64,000 nucleotides of DNA, taken from Candidatus Latescibacterota bacterium. Lineage in GTDB: Bacteria; Latescibacterota; UBA2968; UBA8231. The stretch lies in assembly GCA_965243025.1 (NCBI GenBank), contig CBDETY010000003.1:2496001-2560000 (forward strand), given 5' to 3'. Positions 20,119 to 27,708 of the stretch are shown here, piece after piece. Below the pieces are notes generated by a model, which ran no database searches, had not been told where the DNA came from, and saw only the letters and a list, made by a program, of their open reading frames with translations. The translations under genes were made by a program, and so were the position numbers. Positions within the stretch are counted from its first letter, which is position 1, and every line of letters begins with the position of its first letter.

Positions 20119-21531
20119 GGCGAACGAGTCCGCGTAGATTTGAACGGCGCTCGACCCATCGTTCGGCCACAGCCTGTAGGTGAAGGAAAAGTATTTCGCC
20201 TTCGTCAGCGGAAACTCGAAGTTGTTGTAACGCTGGCTGTTGGGGGAGGTAGTGATGTCGAGACCTGAAACCGATGCCACGGTCCGCCATTCCAGGGCGC
20301 CGCCGGCATTGGTGGAGCCGTCCGACAGCTGAACCCGGTATTCGGGAACGGGGTTTGTCCAGAAAGTAAGGGGGGCCTGCTGCAGCACGCGGATGTTGTC
20401 GAGAAAGAAAGCGCCCCCGAGATCGATGATGAGCTGGCGTTCCTGGTCCAGGGGCACCGTGGGTGCAATGAGGTCCGGATTGAAACCTCCCAGGCCGGTC
20501 CAGTACAGCACCTCCCCGAAAAACCGCCCGTCTACCAGCGCCCCTTCAGTGCCGTTGTTGTCGACACTCGTCACCGTGCCCCCGCGAGGCAGTACGCCGG
20601 TGCCGATGTTGTCACCGATCGACCACACCTCGATCTCGGCCAGCCTGGGCAGCTCGCGGCGATAGTAGACCACTTTCCCCTGGCTGCCGGTGCCTTCGAG
20701 GGCATCCCAGTCCTCCTTGCCCCCTCGGAGACGCAGCTCCCTTCCCGAAGCATCTCTGCGGAAGTACTCGATGTCCCCCTGCCGGTCGGGTGGCAGACTC
20801 TCGTATACGGCCTGGGGTACCTCCCGGCCTTTGCCGAAATCGCTGTCCGTCACGACGACACCGATGAAGTCGATGATATCCCCCGTGAAGCCCCCGGTTG
20901 AATTCGGCCATTTCGTCGGCGGTTGCCTGGTCAGGTCGATTTCGAACACGCGCTCGGTCTTGACCGGTTGTTTGGTGGTGAAGCGGGTCCGGGTCACGTA
21001 GGGGCCAACGGTAGTCTCTCCCTGGGAGGTGGTAACCTTGAAGTGGAGAAAGGGGTCTCCGAGGTCGTCGTCGACGAACTTGAGGACGATCTTGGTGGCC
21101 GAAACCGAGCGGCCCAGATCGACCTGGATCCACCAGTCCTGTACGGGGTCGGAGAGGTCGGGCTGCCAGTACGTGCTCAGGTCGCCATCGGTCACGTTGA
21201 GGGCGTCGAACCGGTTCGATCCAACGTCCAGGATTCCACCGCCGAAATCCGCGGCGTTGAGCATGGCGTTGATCCCGGGAACCGTTACTTCCTCTCCCTC
21301 TACCTCCAGCGTGGTGCTCTTGCGTATATACGCCGGCAGCACCCCCTCCTCGGTGATCTGCATCGTGTTGGCCGAGAACTTCCACTGCTCCCAGTTTCCC
21401 TTCGAATCGATCACCACCCTGCCAGGCTCGAGGGTAAACCCCTCCTGTCCCGAACTTCCCGCCGCCGCCAACAGGACGACCGGAATGCCGCGCGCCGCTA
21501 TTCGAAGGCCTGCTTCAAACGCCGATCCCAT
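18841..21531 (-). CDS. Tandem paralog of 16178..18835 (discoidin domains + FlgD-Ig/CTD)
   Basis: Colinear with the neighbouring gene over its full length, C-terminal half nearly identical, ends MAY. GAGGAG RBS upstream. Confidence 0.8.
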   Translation of the reverse strand: MGSAFEAGLRIAARGIPVVLLAAAGSSGQEGFTLEPGRVVIDSKGNWEQWKFSANTMQITEEGVLPAYIRKSTTLEVEGEEVTVPGINAMLNAADFGGGILDVGSNRFDALNVTDGDLSTYWQPDLSDPVQDWWIQVDLGRSVSATKIVLKFVDDDLGDPFLHFKVTTSQGETTVGPYVTRTRFTTKQPVKTERVFEIDLTRQPPTKWPNSTGGFTGDIIDFIGVVVTDSDFGKGREVPQAVYESLPPDRQGDIEYFRRDASGRELRLRGGKEDWDALEGTGSQGKVVYYRRELPRLAEIEVWSIGDNIGTGVLPRGGTVTSVDNNGTEGALVDGRFFGEVLYWTGLGGFNPDLIAPTVPLDQERQLIIDLGGAFFLDNIRVLQQAPLTFWTNPVPEYRVQLSDGSTNAGGALEWRTVASVSGLDITTSPNSQRYNNFEFPLTKAKYFSFTYRLWPNDGSSAVQIYADSFALSEIQFFGEGFMPESIIESVFEGESPFIELGELPQNLSTIEWEADIPPATQLIIQTRSGDTVEKIKHYYKKNGDEYPGTEEEAAKAYESDKDLFGESSVGPIVVEAATGPDWSGWSQPYSQSGDKITSPSPRKFVAVRATFLTEDPMAAVNLRSMALNFVTPVAGVIVGEVLPSRLEEIGRKQELSYLLHSTFEENSRGFDEVLIEAPDGLEMSLKQVQVNVTGQDAVTYTVGSEGFEVMKNESDSLWVRFPEAIKSTSGSVLVEIDFEATIFGYNTYFIGSTGHSEFADSWQRVSDGDANGVNDSETTVVLALEPGELLGNLEIDRSFTPNGDGVNEELKVGYTLMRVGRAAPVRVEVYDLSGRLVNRLSDDSQEAGRHRVTWTGRDGSGGLAPPGIYLVRIDLDVDDKSGKNSSVHKLVHMAY

Positions 21532-21554
21532 TTCGTATCTCCTCGATTCGCAGA

Positions 21555-23498
21555 TCAGTACGCGACCGAAACAATCCCGCTGCTGATCTCGTTCTCCAGG
21601 TTCACGTCTGCATCTATCCGGTACAGGTACAACCCCGGGGGAACAATGCCGTTCGAATCGTCCGTTCCATCCCAGGTGTACGCGTACTGTCCGATGGGAT
21701 CCACCCCGGAATGCACCTGTTTTACCAGGCGGCCGGACAGGTCGAAGATCTCAATCGATACGGGAATCCCCGAAGTGACCCGCAACAAGGTGTAAGAGAT
21801 GTTGACGACGTCATTCACTCCGTCCCCGTTGGGAGTGAACGGGTTCGGCGAGACAGAAGGAGAAAACAGGAGCGAACGGCTCAACGAGGTCCTGATTGCA
21901 ATCCCGTCACTCGGGATCTCGTCGATTGCGTTGCCCGGCACAATCCGCTGGCGGACCTCCAGGGGTTTCAGCGTATCGAACACTCTGCCGTCGAACCGCG
22001 TTCCCACCTCTCTGAACACCGGGGCCGTGAAAACCACTTCGACAATCGTGCCGTTGTCGGACTGCTCCAGCCGGCGCGGAAGGAGCACTTCGAAACCGCG
22101 CCCGTCTTCTCTGACCCTCCATGTGAAATCGTCCTGGTTGACCGCGTCAATGCGCAGCGAATCGACGGATACCACCCCCGAGGGAGTGGAGATCTCGACG
22201 CCGTCGAACCCGCCCGCACCGGCGGGGATCGTCGGGCTGAAGTAGTAGGTGAACCGGGTCGGTTCCCCCACTGTAGTTTCCAGCGGAAAAACCTCCCCCA
22301 CCAACTCGCCGACCAATGGCGGAGATGATGCCTCGAACTGGATGTAATCGATATTGCCCCCGTCCTCGACGGTCGATGCGAAATCCGCCCTGATCTGAAC
22401 GTATCTCCGGGGCCCGGGAGATATGAAAGCCACACCGGGATTCTCGAACTCGTACGGACTCGACCAGAAGCTCCAGTTTTCGGTGTCGAAGGACACCTTG
22501 TCCCCATAGTTCACCGGTTTGTATATGTCCTCGAGCCTGCCGTACTTGTTCTTGTATTCCGTCAGGGTCAGGTCTCCTCCGCCGTCGAGGTAGCGGATGC
22601 TGTCCTGCTGTTCCGGACGGGTTTCCCAGAAAACCACCGGGTGGGGATCGAGTCCTGCCCTGGTCCGGATGGCGATCTGAGCGTTGGGGTCCCGTCCTCC
22701 CGCCCACGTGATTTCGCCCAGGCTGGCGATGTCATCCAGCTCGATCACGTCGGATTCGTACGCCGCCGGGGTGACGAAGCCGCCTCCGTACACCTCGAAA
22801 GAAGCCAGCCCGATCTCCTTGAGGGTCTGACGGCTGATCCGCAGCTGCAGCGCGTCGGTCGTTATCGGGGGCTCGAAGATCACGCTGACTTCAGGTTCGA
22901 AATTCTCCTTGATTTCGGCGACCACGGGGAAATTCGGGACCGAGTTTCCGTGGCGGAAGCCCCGGTCGCTGGCACCGATGACGAATTTCTCGAGAAAGTG
23001 CTCAGGCTTGTCGGGCAGGGGCCGGAACCGCACTTCATGGATCAGGAACCGACCACCGAGATCGACCGTCAGCTGCTCGCTGCGTGAACGAGCGGCATCG
23101 AAGCTCTCCGGGGCTATCGCCACCCAGGTATACGAGGTCGTCTCGTCTCCATCGACGAGCACCCTGGGGGCCAGCCGGTCGATATTGGCGAAGTCCCGCA
23201 CCCCGATCCACCCGTCCCTGTCGAGGAGCGTCCCGGCGATATCTTCCCCATCGTCGATGAAATTGGGCTGCAGCGACCCTGTCTGAAGAGAATCCGGCTC
23301 GAGCGCCTCTCCAAGCTGAAGCGGCAGCCAGTCGACTTCCCTGAAATCGATACCCAGCCCTCCGAGACTGTCCCTTTCAGCCGCGGAAAAGGGGGCCCCG
23401 ATGCGGTAGATGGTGAGACCCGATGCCTGTTCGGCGAGGAACAGGCACCCGAAAACGGAGGTGATCGAAAGCAATCGCGATAATCTCTCAAAAGACAT
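21555..23498 (-). CDS. Secreted protein: discoidin-like domain + C-terminal FlgD-Ig/T9SS-type-B-like domain (paralog of 51565..53487)
   Basis: Start MSFER at 23498 with signal peptide. VDLGGRFLIHEVRFRP, WSFWSSPY...SPGPRRYVQ, PNPFTPNGDGVND...FDLSGRLV...WDGTD..G.VPPGLY, ends VAY. Confidence 0.8.
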   Translation of the reverse strand: MSFERLSRLLSITSVFGCLFLAEQASGLTIYRIGAPFSAAERDSLGGLGIDFREVDWLPLQLGEALEPDSLQTGSLQPNFIDDGEDIAGTLLDRDGWIGVRDFANIDRLAPRVLVDGDETTSYTWVAIAPESFDAARSRSEQLTVDLGGRFLIHEVRFRPLPDKPEHFLEKFVIGASDRGFRHGNSVPNFPVVAEIKENFEPEVSVIFEPPITTDALQLRISRQTLKEIGLASFEVYGGGFVTPAAYESDVIELDDIASLGEITWAGGRDPNAQIAIRTRAGLDPHPVVFWETRPEQQDSIRYLDGGGDLTLTEYKNKYGRLEDIYKPVNYGDKVSFDTENWSFWSSPYEFENPGVAFISPGPRRYVQIRADFASTVEDGGNIDYIQFEASSPPLVGELVGEVFPLETTVGEPTRFTYYFSPTIPAGAGGFDGVEISTPSGVVSVDSLRIDAVNQDDFTWRVREDGRGFEVLLPRRLEQSDNGTIVEVVFTAPVFREVGTRFDGRVFDTLKPLEVRQRIVPGNAIDEIPSDGIAIRTSLSRSLLFSPSVSPNPFTPNGDGVNDVVNISYTLLRVTSGIPVSIEIFDLSGRLVKQVHSGVDPIGQYAYTWDGTDDSNGIVPPGLYLYRIDADVNLENEISSGIVSVAY

Positions 23499-23689
23499 GG
23501 ACGCTACCTCTTCGAGGGCTCGAAGCCGCACGGACTTCGGCCGTTTCGTCAGCAATAAGCAACTCGATATGCGACCGGCACAAGGCCGGTGTTCGTATCA
23601 AACAGGCATTCGCCGACGGTCCTGGATCCACAGGTGGGACAGCCCCCCTTTTTCCGAGGCCGTCCGGTTCGCAAAATGCCCCCGGGCGG

Positions 23690-23734
23690 AAAACAGAAAA
23701 GGGGGCGGAGAAATCCGGGATCTCTCCGCCCCCT
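23690..23734 (-). terminator. Rho-independent terminator after the 23771..24694 gene
   Basis: Perfect 11-bp stem GGGGGCGGAGA (23701-23711) / TCTCCGCCCCC (23723-23733), followed on the minus strand by TTTTCTGTTTT. Confidence 0.8.
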
Positions 23735-23770
23735 CGGTTTCAAGCTATCTCCTACAACAGAAGCTTTTGT

Positions 23771-24694
23771 TCAGTTGGAGAAGCTTTGCTTGATACGGGC
23801 CCAGCTGTCCTCCTCGACAGCGGTGGCCACGTTCTCTCCGGGAACCCACCAGTCCTCGTTGTAGCCGAGGAACACGTAGTCGACCATGGCGGTTGCCTTG
23901 AAGTAGATCTCGGTGTCGCCGCTGTTGGTCCAGTACCCGTTGTAACGGCCTTCGGCTCCGTCATCGTCGTCCTGAACGGAAAAGCCGACGCCCATGATCT
24001 CACCCTCTTGGATGGTGTGGAAGATGATCCTGTCGTCGTCCGGTCCCGTCGAGTTGGTGGGCAGATCGTTGAACGGAGTGAACCACATCTCCATGTAGAG
24101 AGTGGTCGGGCCCCCGACCAGCTCGCCTTCGTAAGACCACCTTACGCCCGAATGCGGCTCGGTGCCGGCCCACGGAGCACCACCCCAGATCCACATCTCG
24201 TTGGGGGCCCCTTTGTTGAGCTGGTAGCGGTAGTTCTGCGAGAGGGCGCCTTCCCACCTCTCGGGATCCAGACCTTCAGACTGCACGTTCTGGAAGATCG
24301 GGTCGGCGCTGTGGTCGAAGTCGAGCATCACTTCGAGGGTGTCGAAGTTGTTGTCGATGGTTCCGTAGAAGAAGTCGTCGAACTTTTCCTCCATGACATA
24401 GAGGAAGTTGGTCACCGGACTCCATCCGAAAATGATGCGCTCGGCGAGGTTGCCGGGATCCGGGTCGCCCTGCGTGCCGGTGACGGTCTCGACGAGGTCA
24501 TCGTGGGTTACCCAGAAGGCGGAAGGAACGTTGTCCCAATCGCCGAGATCTCCGTCCATCTCGACATCCCTGATCCCGTCCACGTTGATCGGAACCTGGA
24601 CAGCGGCCCAGTTCCTGTCGGTGCGCAGGTGGGCTGAGCCCGCCACGGCCATGACCAGAACCAGCCCGATTGCTGAAGCGAGAATCCTTTTCAC
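23771..24694 (-). CDS. Secreted CBM9/DOMON-like protein with C-terminal TAVEEDSWARIK tag
   Basis: GTG at 24694 preceded by GAAAGGAG. Signal peptide KRILASAIGLVLVMAVAGSA. EMDGDLGDW motif and IMGVGFSVQDDD are typical of CBM9-like sandwiches. C-terminal TAVEEDSWARIKQSF. Confidence 0.72.
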   Translation of the reverse strand: MKRILASAIGLVLVMAVAGSAHLRTDRNWAAVQVPINVDGIRDVEMDGDLGDWDNVPSAFWVTHDDLVETVTGTQGDPDPGNLAERIIFGWSPVTNFLYVMEEKFDDFFYGTIDNNFDTLEVMLDFDHSADPIFQNVQSEGLDPERWEGALSQNYRYQLNKGAPNEMWIWGGAPWAGTEPHSGVRWSYEGELVGGPTTLYMEMWFTPFNDLPTNSTGPDDDRIIFHTIQEGEIMGVGFSVQDDDDGAEGRYNGYWTNSGDTEIYFKATAMVDYVFLGYNEDWWVPGENVATAVEEDSWARIKQSFSN

Positions 24695-24870
24695 TGCTGA
24701 ATCTCCTTTCTCAGGATGAAAATGACTACTTGACGAATCTACCGAAAAGCGAAAGACCTTGCTGAAAGCAGCGGAACAAGCGATAACTGCTTCGTTTTCA
24801 CCCCCTTTCGACGCAGTTTTCCTCAAACATCCAAAACGGGATATCGGCATTCCGAATATGGACACTGCAG

Positions 24871-24897
24871 CCAAGCCATTGGAAATAAAGGACTTGG
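24871..24897. promoter_or_regulatory. Imperfect inverted repeat, candidate operator upstream of the envelope operon
   Basis: CCAAGCCATTGGAAATAAAGGACTTGG; 8 of 10 arm positions are complementary. Lies in an AT-rich intergenic region. Confidence 0.35.
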
Positions 24898-25025
24898 GCC
24901 ATCTATTGGCCGTCTCGGACAATTGGTTTGGCGGTAAAAATACAGAATTTCCCCCCGGAAAAAAAGGAAAAATTCCCAGAGGCCGGCACGGATCGATTTC
25001 GTGATCCTGCCTTGTCCGGGACCTG

Positions 25026-26825
25026 TCATTCATACGGGTCGCTTCCCGGAGTGAGCACGGTGTGTGGCCCCCCCTGCCGCACCACCAGCAGCCTGTTCGC
25101 CGGCACCGACTCCACCGTCCGCACCCCCCCGCCCGGCCAGGCGATTTCAACCAGGTCCGCGCTCGACCCGGGGCCGAGCCCGAAGTGCGCGCGGCTGTCG
25201 CTGAACGACAGGTAGCTTCCGGCGCCGCTGACCGTGCGCACCTGCTCCCCGCCCGCGGCGACCAGCCGGATGCGCGCTCCGACGGCGTGCCGGTTTTCCC
25301 CGCTGCCGAACAGCTGCACCGTCAGCCAGTTGCCGGCGCTGGTCTCGTTCCGCAGCAAGGTCGCGGTGTCGTCCAGATTGACCACGAAAATGTCGATATC
25401 CCCGTCGTTGTCGTAGTCGGCGAAAGCGGCGCCGCGGCTGACTTTCTCGATCTCCATCCCGCATTCGGCAGCCGGAACCTCTTCAAGCCGACCTTCTCCC
25501 TCGTTGCGGAACAGCTGGTTACGCTGCCGGTAGGAGGTTCCCATGCTCTCCAGGTCGATCTGTGGATACACGTGGCCGTTGGCGACGAAAAGGTCGAGGT
25601 CCCCGTCGTTGTCCCAATCGAAGAACGCGGTTCCCCAGCCCAGCATTTCGAGGGTCGGCCGCTCCAGCCCGGCAAGTCGGGTTACGTCCCGGAAACGGCC
25701 GCTCCCGTCGTTGCGGTAAAGAGTGTTGCTCTCGCGGAAGAAGTGGGTGACGTAGAGATCCGTGTCCCCGTCGCCATCGTAATCTCCGGCGCCGATTCCC
25801 ATGCCGGCCTCTTCCTTTCCCTGGGCGTTGTAGGCGACCCCGGCCTTGAGCCCGGTTTCGCTGAAGGTGCCGCCCCCGTCGTTGCGGAAAACGAGGTTGG
25901 GGGTCTTGTCGTTGGCCACGAACAGATCGGTGTCCCCGTCCCTGTCGAGATCCGCGGGGAGCACGCCGAGGCCGTAATAGCGGTTTGCCCACGCAATGCC
26001 GGAAGCCCTGGTCACGTCGGTAAAGCGGTTGCCTCCCTCGTTGCGGTAGAGCACGTCGCCGCCGCGCGGCAGACCCTGGGGACCGCAGTAGATCTCGAAC
26101 CCCCCGTAGGTGCATGTCCTGCCTGGAGGCTTTCCGGGGTCGTAGACGAGATAGGTGGTGGCGTAGAGGTCGAGGTCTCCGTCGTTGTCGCAGTCGAAGA
26201 AGGCGGCGCTGGCGCTGTAGTCGTTTCCCGCCACGCCGGCTCTTGCGGTGACATCCTCGAACGACCCGCTGGCGAGGTTGTGGTAGAGGATGTTGGGGCC
26301 GTAATTGGTCACGTACAGGTCGCCGTAACCGTCTCCGTCTATGTCGCCCACGGTGCAGCCCATGCCCCAGCCCCGGTCTCCTGTACCAGTTGAACCGGTG
26401 ACGTCCGCAAACGATCCCGTCCCCTTGTTGCGGTAAAGGACGTTGCCCGGACCTGATTTCTGCAGGTAGGTGTCGACGGTGGATCCGTTGACGGCGTAGA
26501 GATCGAGGGCGCCGTCGTTGTCGTAGTCGAAGAAGGCGGCCCCGCCACCCATGGTCTCGATGATGTGATTCTTCACCTCCCCGCCCGAGACATGGAAGAA
26601 TTCGACTCCGGCGGCTTTCGTCTGGTCCGTGAAGTCGCTGCCGCCCGCGTTGGGAAGAAACCATGACAGAACCAGAAAGACCCCTGTCGGGAAGCACCGC
26701 TTTTCCCGGCGAAAACCCCAACGGCACCCCGCTTTTCCCGGCTTCCCCGGCGGGCTGGCGTTTTCCCCGACAGGTGGACCCCGCCTGCTGCCGCCCGGAC
26801 TATCGGTGTCTGGCCTGACCTTCAT
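25026..26825 (-). CDS. CRTAC1-family protein (FG-GAP repeats + ASPIC/UnbV); start uncertain
   Basis: FTDQTKAAG...IIETMGGGAAFFDYDNDG, DxDxDG repeats, C-terminal NRHAVGARI...SYLSFSDSRAHFGLG...WPGG. Paralog of 8228..9955. Confidence 0.82.
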   Translation of the reverse strand: MKVRPDTDSPGGSRRGPPVGENASPPGKPGKAGCRWGFRREKRCFPTGVFLVLSWFLPNAGGSDFTDQTKAAGVEFFHVSGGEVKNHIIETMGGGAAFFDYDNDGALDLYAVNGSTVDTYLQKSGPGNVLYRNKGTGSFADVTGSTGTGDRGWGMGCTVGDIDGDGYGDLYVTNYGPNILYHNLASGSFEDVTARAGVAGNDYSASAAFFDCDNDGDLDLYATTYLVYDPGKPPGRTCTYGGFEIYCGPQGLPRGGDVLYRNEGGNRFTDVTRASGIAWANRYYGLGVLPADLDRDGDTDLFVANDKTPNLVFRNDGGGTFSETGLKAGVAYNAQGKEEAGMGIGAGDYDGDGDTDLYVTHFFRESNTLYRNDGSGRFRDVTRLAGLERPTLEMLGWGTAFFDWDNDGDLDLFVANGHVYPQIDLESMGTSYRQRNQLFRNEGEGRLEEVPAAECGMEIEKVSRGAAFADYDNDGDIDIFVVNLDDTATLLRNETSAGNWLTVQLFGSGENRHAVGARIRLVAAGGEQVRTVSGAGSYLSFSDSRAHFGLGPGSSADLVEIAWPGGGVRTVESVPANRLLVVRQGGPHTVLTPGSDPYE

Positions 26826-27633
26826 GGCACGCGTTCTGACGCTCTCCCTGATCGGGCTCTGTTTCGCCGCAAGGACAGGCGCAGAAGAATCAGTGGAAAG
26901 CATCACCGTCGATCTCCACGGCGGGACGATGATGGAGTTCGTGTGGATTCCTCCCGGCAGCTTCCTGATGGGTTCTCCGGTCTCGGACCCCGAACGCGGC
27001 AAGGACGAGGACCCTGCGCACGAAGTTGTCATCAGCCGGGGTTTCTTCCTGGGAAAATACGAGATCACCCAGTCGCAGTGGGTCGCGATCATGGGTACGG
27101 CGCCGTGGACGGGCAAGAAGCATGTCGAACGCCACCCCGACCACCCGGCCTCCTACATCTCCTGGACCTCGGTGCAGGAGTTCCTGCGAAGGGTCAACGA
27201 CGCGGCCGGAGAGCAGCTCTACCGGCTGCCGACCGAGGCGGAGTGGGAGTACGCCTGCCGGGCGGGGACCTCCGGGAGGCGCTTCTTCGGAGAGTACGAA
27301 AACCGCCTCGGCGACTATGCGTGGTTCATCGAGAACGGCCCCAAGGCCGGCCTGGGGTACGCCCAGCCGGTGGGGGAGAAGCTGCCCAACCCATGGGGGC
27401 TTCACGACATCTACGGAAACGTCTGGGAGTGGGTCCAGGACCGGTACTCCCCCTACAACGCGATGGCGCGCCAGGTCGACCCGGCCGGTCCTCCTTCCGG
27501 CACCGCGAGGGTCATGCGCGGCGGCGGTTTCGTCAACCACGCCCGCAACGTGCGCTCGGCAAAGCGCTTCAGCCACGACCCGTCCCTGCGCTTCAGCGCC
27601 ATCGGGGCGCGGCTGGTCCGGACCCGAAAGTAA
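26824..27633 (+). CDS. FGE-sulfatase domain (SUMF1/PvdO/EgtB-like) secreted protein
   Basis: Signal peptide. FVWIPPGSFLMGS, YEITQSQW, RLPTEAEWEYACRAG, PNPWGLHDIYGNVWEW, RVMRGGG, GARL. Confidence 0.9.
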   Translation: MARVLTLSLIGLCFAARTGAEESVESITVDLHGGTMMEFVWIPPGSFLMGSPVSDPERGKDEDPAHEVVISRGFFLGKYEITQSQWVAIMGTAPWTGKKHVERHPDHPASYISWTSVQEFLRRVNDAAGEQLYRLPTEAEWEYACRAGTSGRRFFGEYENRLGDYAWFIENGPKAGLGYAQPVGEKLPNPWGLHDIYGNVWEWVQDRYSPYNAMARQVDPAGPPSGTARVMRGGGFVNHARNVRSAKRFSHDPSLRFSAIGARLVRTRK

Positions 27634-27708
27634 CGGTTCCGGCCGCGGCCGCCCCCCTTCCATCCCCTTTTCCGCCTTTCTTCCCGTCGATCCCCGGTTG
27701 GTGAATAG

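Noticed and set aside
16178-21531. Diversity-generating retroelement (TR/VR pair) explanation for the near-identical repeats
   Set aside because: No reverse transcriptase in the window, both copies are full coding genes, and the differences are not adenine-specific.
14402-23498. Flagellar hook-capping (flgD) genes
   Set aside because: Only the C-terminal Ig-like module resembles FlgD. The proteins have Sec signals and there are no flagellar genes nearby.
23642-23705. Antiterminator pairing of CCCCCCTTTTTCC (about 23643-23655) with the terminator arm
   Set aside because: On the minus-strand transcript it lies downstream of the U-tract, so it cannot pre-empt termination. At most it is an alternative fold in read-through RNA.
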